A stretch of 64,000 nt of DNA from contig CM022672.1 of the NCBI GenBank assembly GCA_012295275.1, positions 7,254,001-7,318,000 of the forward strand. Reading direction: 5' to 3'. Of this stretch, positions 57,002-64,000 are shown one piece after another. Position numbers and translations under genes: made by a program. The notes under the pieces are model-generated. The model did no database searches, was not told the DNA's origin, and was given only the letters and a program-made list of their open reading frames with translations. Positions within the stretch are counted from its first letter, which is position 1. Each line of letters begins with the position of its first letter. This DNA comes from Chrysomallon squamiferum. Its lineage: Eukaryota > Animalia > Mollusca.

Positions 57002-58455
57002 AAATGTTCTAAACAATTTTAATTTTAAAATATTTTTTTTTTTTTAATTTTTAGAACATCGACTGTATTAAATATTAAATAAAGTTAGTGTATAAAGACA
57101 GAATTATATTTTTCTTCGTTATGTTAAGAAATATCGAAACAAAGTCACGTATATTAAAAAAAAAACAATTATTATTACTTGTTAATATTTGATGAGAAAG
57201 TTCAGTTAAATAAAATTTATCACAACGTTATCAAAACATGCTGACGTGTTTTATGTACGACGTTTACATAACCTGTTTTGCGAGAGACTAACAGATCAAA
57301 CTGTTATGAATGATTAACACAGATCATATAATAAAAAATGAATGAACTTTAAATGAACCTGGTTCATGACAGTAAATTGTTTTTTTTTCAGTTCTTGATT
57401 TCGACAACCGCTTTATTTTGACGTGGGTTTTACACCTCATTACTATTATAATTAATAATTAATCTTTAGAGTTATTATTAGATGATCTTGTCACGCAATC
57501 GTACTTGAACTTTGGATTAGCTAATCACTCAAATCCGTAAGTCAGAAATTTCATATTCATAAAGGGCATAAAGTTATTAAAGTAAAAGCAAATGAAAATA
57601 AATAAAATTAAATAAATAAATAAATAAATAAAAAAAAAAAATTAAATAAAAAAATAATAAATAAATAAATAAATAAAATAAAATATATAAAATAAATAAA
57701 ATAATATATATGTCCAGATACTATATAACGTCAAAAAACTAGATATTTTCAAAAACTAAAAAAAAAAAAAAAAAAAAAAAAAATTGAAACATTCATCATA
57801 ATTTTATTCGTTATTTATAACAAACATATTTTAATATAACAGAGAGAAACACACAAATATTTAAATGCTGACTAAATGATTTTAAAAAAAAACCACAAAT
57901 CTGATATACAGCTAAATGTGTAAGAAACTTTGACGTCTCAGACGACTGCGTTAATCACCCAACCATTCGACAGGTTTTAAATAAAGAAGTCTTCACCATG
58001 TGCTTATGAAAATGTTTTGAGTAGATCTCTTTGTGCCTGGCCAGTCGAACATCGTCAGATTTTCAGGAGGAATCGCCGCGGGCGCGACATGAGGCGCTCA
58101 GACTGCGAGATAGACATCAGTCACGTGACCAGTATGAAACGTACACGTCTTCTGTAAGTGTGATTAAACTGTGCGCCGAGAAGGCGGTGCTTGTGTCGTC
58201 ATGTTTGATGTTACTGTATGATCGCGCCTCGTGGCTTTCCGTATAACACACGGAGCCACTCGAGCCATCGCTTCTACGATTAGCAACTGAACATGAAAAG
58301 TGTTAACTTGAGCAGTTTTTTCGTTTGTACAACAGCCTTCCTGAAATACATTGTAAATTGCGTTATAATGGTAATGTACGGTTATTATTATAAAATGAGT
58401 GTATAGATGTATATGTGTAAAAATTTAATAACACACAGACACACACACATGCCTA

Positions 58456-58492
<37 letters not shown>

Positions 58493-58570
58493 AAATAAAT
58501 TTGATGTTAACTGTTTTTGGTTTAATAGATAATATTTAAAATGATGTTGGTATTTTACTTTACTTTACTT

Positions 58571-58609
<39 letters not shown>

Positions 58610-59008
58610 TTGGTTTCTTTTCCTTTAATTTAAATCGTGTTATTTATTTTATTATTATTTAGCTTATATCTTTAACAAAATTAATTTTATAAATAAAAAA
58701 TATATATATTATTCTAAATCTTTGAACATCAGTTATATAATTTATCTGTCCTTTTAAGGCCATATAATAATATAAAGATAATAAAATAATTTAAAATATA
58801 TTTAGTAAACATAAGTACAAGAATGAGTTAAAATATATATTTGTGAAAACGACAGTAAAATTTTCAATTAATTATACTGTACAAGTTTCTTTCTGCTAAT
58901 CTCAAAATTACGTGATAATAAAATTCAGCTCAGAAGATGAAAAATAACAACTTCTTGTTAGAAAATATTAAAATAAATAAATAAATAAATAAATAAATCT
59001 ATCTGAAA

Positions 59009-59009
<1 letters not shown>

Positions 59010-59059
<50 letters not shown>

Positions 59060-59230
59060 AATAATAACAACAACAACAACAACAACAACAACAAAAAAAA
59101 CATATAAAATAAATAAATAAATAAATAAATACTTGAAAGAAAACAACGAAATAAAATGTTTCTTTACTATATGGATCAGAAAGAATGTATATTATATGTA
59201 AAATTACAACAATACAACTGCTGCTGCTGG

Positions 59231-59273
<43 letters not shown>

Positions 59274-59543
59274 GCAACCATTATGTGCAAATACCCCAAA
59301 ATATACTACATACATATAAATATGCAAAATGTTACACAACAGAAAATTAATATACATATGTTCATGTACTGTTATTATTTTCGACTAGTACAACAACAAT
59401 TATTAGTTTCACATATATCATCACGCACGCACGCAAAAACGCATGTGTCTTTCTTTCACATGTTTTGTTAACACTCACACTTACATTTTTCCCTCCTCTC
59501 TCTCTTCACTGTTATTTTATTTTTTTTTTTTTATAATTTTCAT
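59010..59543 (+). repeat. Left arm of long diverged inverted repeat
   Basis: Unique-sequence blocks (ttgaaagaaaacaacgaa, ctttactatatggatcagaaagaatg, tgttacacaacagaaaattaa, tcacgcacgcacgcaaaaacgcatgtg, ttataattttcat) all occur reverse-complemented, in mirrored order, in 60505-61030. Confidence 0.93.
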
Positions 59544-59549
59544 ATTTCC

Positions 59550-59960
59550 TGTCACAAGACAGGTGCTTATTAAAGAAGACAACAAATTATAGGGATTTCA
59601 TCCCATTAGCAATCCCTGTTTGACAGGGCCACGCTGGGTCAACCCTCGAGTTGTTCTGTTGATTGGCACATCTTACATGTTGGCACACGTACAATAACTT
59701 TAATTTTTCACCGACTGCTGGCTTTGTAAATTGTTTAAGCATTCAATTAACTCTCTGGCAGCCCTGGGGCCCGACTACTCGGCGGAGGAGCGCGGAATCC
59801 GGCGGAAAACAGTTTGGAGAGCAGCTGGGGTGAAATGTACATGAAATGGACACCTATCTGGGGATTTACTAATGAAATTCACAACAAGCTGGTGTACAGC
59901 GTAGAAAGGGTTAACTGTAGTATCATGCGCACTCAGAGATTTCTTTGTTGAAGGAATCAG
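59550..59960. promoter_or_regulatory. GC-rich island enclosed by the inverted repeat
   Basis: Non-repetitive GC-rich block with TGACAG, GATTGG and CAGCTG, and a very GC-rich core at 59755-59830. Confidence 0.45.
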
Positions 59961-60433
59961 ACATCTTTATTTTCAAGTGTGTGAGAAGGAAATTATCAGA
60001 AAAAAAAGAGGATTTACAACAAAAGAAAAAGGATAACGGGATAACAGATAGATTGATTGATAGCAAGATAGACAGACAGACAGAGAGAGACAGATAGATA
60101 GATATAGATATAAATAGATAGATAGATAGAGAGATAGATGGATGGATGGATGGATAGATGGATGGATGGATAGATACATTTTCTATTATCTGTGTATGTA
60201 TATTTTTGTAACAGGAAACAAGTATAAAACATTATGATAGCACCAAAACAATTTTATATATAAAATAATAATAATAATAATAATAATAATGATAATAATA
60301 ATAATATTACATAAATACATAAATGATTAAATAAATAAACAATAACAAGAAGAAATAACAAAAAAAGATAACAGTTATAAATTAATATATCATTATCAAA
60401 AACAGAAACAATTTATTATTATTAATATTATTG

Positions 60434-60494
<61 letters not shown>

Positions 60495-60504
60495 GTGTTT
60501 TTTA

Positions 60505-60887
60505 ATGAAAATTATAAAAAAAAAAAAAAAAAATAACAGTGAAGTGAGAGTAGGGAAAAATGTAGTGTGAGTGTTAACAAAAGATGTGAAAGAAAGGCAC
60601 ATGCGTTTTTGCGTGCGTGCGTGATATATGTGAAAATAATAGTTTTTATCTTTTTATTTTACTAGTCGAAAATAATAACAGTACATAAACATGTTTATTA
60701 ATTTTCTGTTGTGTAACATTTTGAATATTTATATGTATGTTGTTTATTTTGGGTATTTGCACATAATGGTTGCAGTAGTAGTAGTAGTAGTAGGAGCAGT
60801 TGTATTGTTGTAATTTTACATTTATATTCATTCTTTCTGATCCATATAGTAAAGAAACATTTTAATTCGTTGTTTTCTTTCAAGAAT

Positions 60888-60934
<47 letters not shown>

Positions 60935-60978
60935 TTGTTTTTGTTGTTGTTATTTATTACTACTACTACTACTACTAC

Positions 60979-61030
<52 letters not shown>
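60505..61030 (-). repeat. Right arm of long diverged inverted repeat
   Basis: Reverse complement of 59010-59543 with substitutions, indels and different microsatellite lengths. The ORF track shows parallel peptides on opposite strands (CNHYVQIP, QNVTQQKIN). Outer boundary approximate. Confidence 0.93.
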
Positions 61031-61031
<1 letters not shown>

Positions 61032-61061
61032 GTAGTAATGATAATAATTATAATAATAATA

Positions 61062-61140
<79 letters not shown>

Positions 61141-61493
61141 GTCCGCTGTTGTTATTATTTTTTTTTTCTTTTATGTCTTTGTGTCTCTAAAATATTCCTG
61201 AAACAAATTTTGAAACGTTTTCTCTCTATTTTATTATTTTTATTTTCTATAAATATGAACTATTTTAGCTGTTTATAAAATTTTTATGTTACATGTTTGG
61301 ATCTATTTTGTACGCACATAGTTGTTTTAACTAATTAGCATATTTATATTTTTGAACGTGTTTATATTTCTATTCCATTTTTATTTTAAATTTTAAATTT
61401 TTTTATTTAGCGTTTGTTGATTCGATGGTCGTCAATGAGTTTGTTTGTTTGTTTGCTTGCTTATTTATTTATTTATTTATTTATTTATTTCAG

Positions 61494-61963
61494 ACGCCAA
61501 GAGACGAGACCAGGCTGCTCTGTTCAGCAAACATCAGCCTCCTAAAAAGAGAAGAAAGTCAAGAACGGCGTTCACAAATCAGCAAATTTACGAACTCGAG
61601 AAAAGATTTTTGTATCAGAAATATTTAACGCCGGCAGACAGAGACGAAATTGCTCAAAAACTCGGACTAACAAACGCTCAAGTGATCACGTGGTTTCAGA
61701 ATCGCAGAGCTAAGTTGAAACGGGATTTGGAAGAACTGAAAAATGACGTCACGGCTGCTAAGACAACGGTTACCCTAACATCCAAATATGGCGCCATTGA
61801 ACTTGAAATGTTGAAAGCGGAAGGGCGAAAACACGCCGGAAGTGACGTTTCTACTGTCAGCCAATCGTTTTCTAGCCCCGAACAGTCTCCAGCCAATAGC
61901 CCTTCGCGATCTAACGAACCAATGGAGAGTAATGATACTGAAAAGCATGATTCGAAAACATGA
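61494..61963 (+). CDS. Lbx: Ladybird/Lbx homeobox transcription factor, coding exon 2 (homeodomain and C-terminus)
   Basis: Acceptor tttcag|AC; G+AC gives GAC (Asp), in frame with exon 1. Encodes PKKRRKSRTAFTNQQIYELEKRFLYQKYLTPADRDEIAQKLGLTNAQVITWFQNRRAKLKRDLEELKNDV, a diagnostic Lbx homeodomain with T47 and the post-homeodomain DLEELK motif. Stop TGA at 61961-61963. Joined CDS is 864 nt = 287 aa. Confidence 0.97.
61550..61729 (+). other. Lbx: Homeobox (60 codons) of Lbx
   Basis: RRKSRTAF...VITWFQNRRAKLKR read directly from exon 2. Confidence 0.97.
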
Positions 61964-62600
61964 AATCTTAATTTATCTTAATTATCCAAACATATCTCAG
62001 AGCTTAAATAAAAATAAGTAGGAGTAATGTTTAACGTGGCTTCAGTATCGTCCAAAGTAATACCAGATGACACTGGAATCGACAAACTGAATGTCATGTG
62101 TTTTAGTGCAATAGCATCATTTTGCTTCGATGGTCGATCCACATAAAAAAAACAAAAAATCATTTGTTCTTCGAATTTGGTGCATGTTTTGTCTTTGTAG
62201 CCAAGAAAAGAAACGAAAAATGAAAAAGAAAAAAAAAAGAAGCTTGAACTAAAATTGTAAATAAAATGCCTCGATATCATGTACATCTTAGTATATGAGG
62301 TGAGTGTAGGAAAGCTCCACAATGATGGCAAGGCTGACAGTTCAATGTGAGTTGGACGCTGTGATAATGTGGTGGAACTTACCACGGACAAGATGGCGGA
62401 TATGGTGAAATGTGTATGTACATTTTAAAACTTCTGTAGACTTTGTGTTTCAATGTCTCTTTCTTATCCATTTCATGTTATCGATCTCAAAACTTACCCT
62501 GTGCTTAACAGCCGAAACTGGATGAAGATCTGATAATATGAAACATGTTTTCTAGTATTAAATAGATTCAACAATTTAAAGTCCCAGGATAAAAAAATTA
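61964..62600 (+). terminator. Lbx 3' UTR region with candidate polyadenylation signals
   Basis: AATAAA at 62007-62012 and 62260-62265, ATTAAA at 62557-62562, followed by a GT-rich tract at about 62630-62690. The signal actually used is unknown. Confidence 0.4.
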
Positions 62601-62639
62601 TAACTGTCATATAAGTGACGTTATGGGAGAATGTGATGT

Positions 62640-62682
<43 letters not shown>

Positions 62683-63729
62683 TGTCTGTCTGTCTGTCTC
62701 GCAGAGAGAGAGAGAGACAGAGAGAGAGAGAGAGGAGGAGGAGGAAACTACGTATATTCTGAGTGTTTAAACGTAATATGTTAATACTTTTACCATAATA
62801 CAGTAATGTTAATTTCTTTTATATATAAATATATATATATATTTGTTTCCATTTTAATGTTTTAAAAATTCAATATCAAACAAATATCAGTTTTTTGCAG
62901 AACTAAGTATCAAATTACTAAAAATCTGTCAAAAAATATTTAGCATTTTATCATTTAGACTGTCAATATTAAATTATTTTGTCTTTTGGAATTGTTTCTT
63001 TTTTTATGATTATTTTTCTTACTTTTACAATATTTTCTCAAACATTTCGCTTACAGAGGGCATTTGGCAAAATATTATTTATTTTTTTTCTTAACTTTTT
63101 GCGAATTCTGCTTCGGTCATCAACTTTAACATAATTATTACTAAACAGTATTTAAAAAAAAAAAAAATGAAATAGAAGCGAGGAATATAAGGAAACAGAG
63201 GAAATAGTCTCCTAAATATACAGTATTTACTCTTCAACTGCCACGAACATAAAATCCACAATTAGAGAAACATTTTATTTTTGTCATTCGATATCAGTGA
63301 ACAGAGGTGATAAACATGAACGATATGTTAATCTGACATCTAGTCTTCGGCGACTGAACGACCAACTAACAGTGACGAGAGTGTTATTTTGATATTATTA
63401 ATTTAAAAAATTGATAAAATGTAAACGTTATCTAGTTCGCTTTACTAATATTAAAATTAATTTCAGTAAGGAAAGCATGTATCAGTAATACATGCTGATG
63501 TACCCACACGTTTAACAGTTTATAAATTTAAAAAAAAAATTAAAAACAGTATGTATATTTATATATAATATAATAATATAATATAATATTGCTTAATTTA
63601 CATTATAAATATAGATATTATAGTTAAAAATAGACGAATTTATCCACAGAACTAGACCGAAGACAGCTGGTTTGAATAGTTTAACACTTTTGTTTACTTA
63701 ATTCATTTTAACAAAGATTTGAACGATAT

Positions 63730-63821
63730 TAAGAATATATATATTTTATCAGTAATGTCCTTTCACTGAAACTAACTAAGAATATATATACTTTATCAGT
63801 AATGTCCTTTCACTGAAACTA
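63730..63821 (+). repeat. 47-bp tandem duplication
   Basis: taagaatatatata(t/c)tttatcagtaatgtcctttcactgaaacta occurs twice with one mismatch. Confidence 0.92.
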
Positions 63822-64000
63822 TCTTCCTGTCAGGGATTCAGCTGTAACCTAGGTGTGTTTCACACTGACACAGTATCGCAATCTTTTACACCGAGGTAAT
63901 TGTACTCATATACTTTGTCCGTATTATATCACTATAACATATTCTGTTGTGAGCTTTGAGGATATTTTGCATAATGTAAAAAACAAACAAAAAAACAACA

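Larger units (their letters stand above)
37214..61493 (+). other. Lbx intron (24,280 bp, GT-AG, phase 1)
   Basis: Donor GTATGT at 37214 and acceptor CAG at 61491-61493 are phase-compatible. The position between the KTFxGLE motif and the homeodomain resembles vertebrate Lbx1. Small additional exons cannot be excluded. Confidence 0.85.

Noticed and set aside
61445-61493. N-terminal part of the 172-aa ORF (MFVCLLIYLFIYLFIS)
   Set aside because: Intronic microsatellite and pyrimidine tract upstream of the acceptor.

Overview
This is AT-rich, microsatellite-dense animal genomic DNA. An invertebrate, possibly molluscan or lophotrochozoan, origin is a compositional guess only. One gene is confidently supported: a two-exon ladybird/Lbx NK-class homeobox gene on the + strand (CDS 36820-37213 joined to 61494-61963, 287 aa, phase-1 GT-AG intron of 24,280 bp). 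The 36 kb upstream and the intron show no other credible coding sequence. They consist of about 30 short GC/CpG-richer islands separated by simple-repeat deserts, and the islands are probable cis-regulatory modules. Some carry strong motifs: two perfect nuclear-receptor DR1 elements, TCF sites next to Helper-like GC motifs, YY1/Pho cores, TALE-class TGACAG arrays and homeodomain clusters. The most unusual structure is a diverged inverted repeat with ~500-bp arms near the 3' end of the intron. It brackets a GC-rich island containing a possible in-phase cryptic exon that would yield a homeodomain-less Lbx. The left edge looks like the promoter and possible start of a divergent neighbouring gene. 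Nearly all other ORFs in the supplied track are microsatellite translations. No tRNA, rRNA, CRISPR array or autonomous transposon was recognised. All regulatory calls are motif-level inference.
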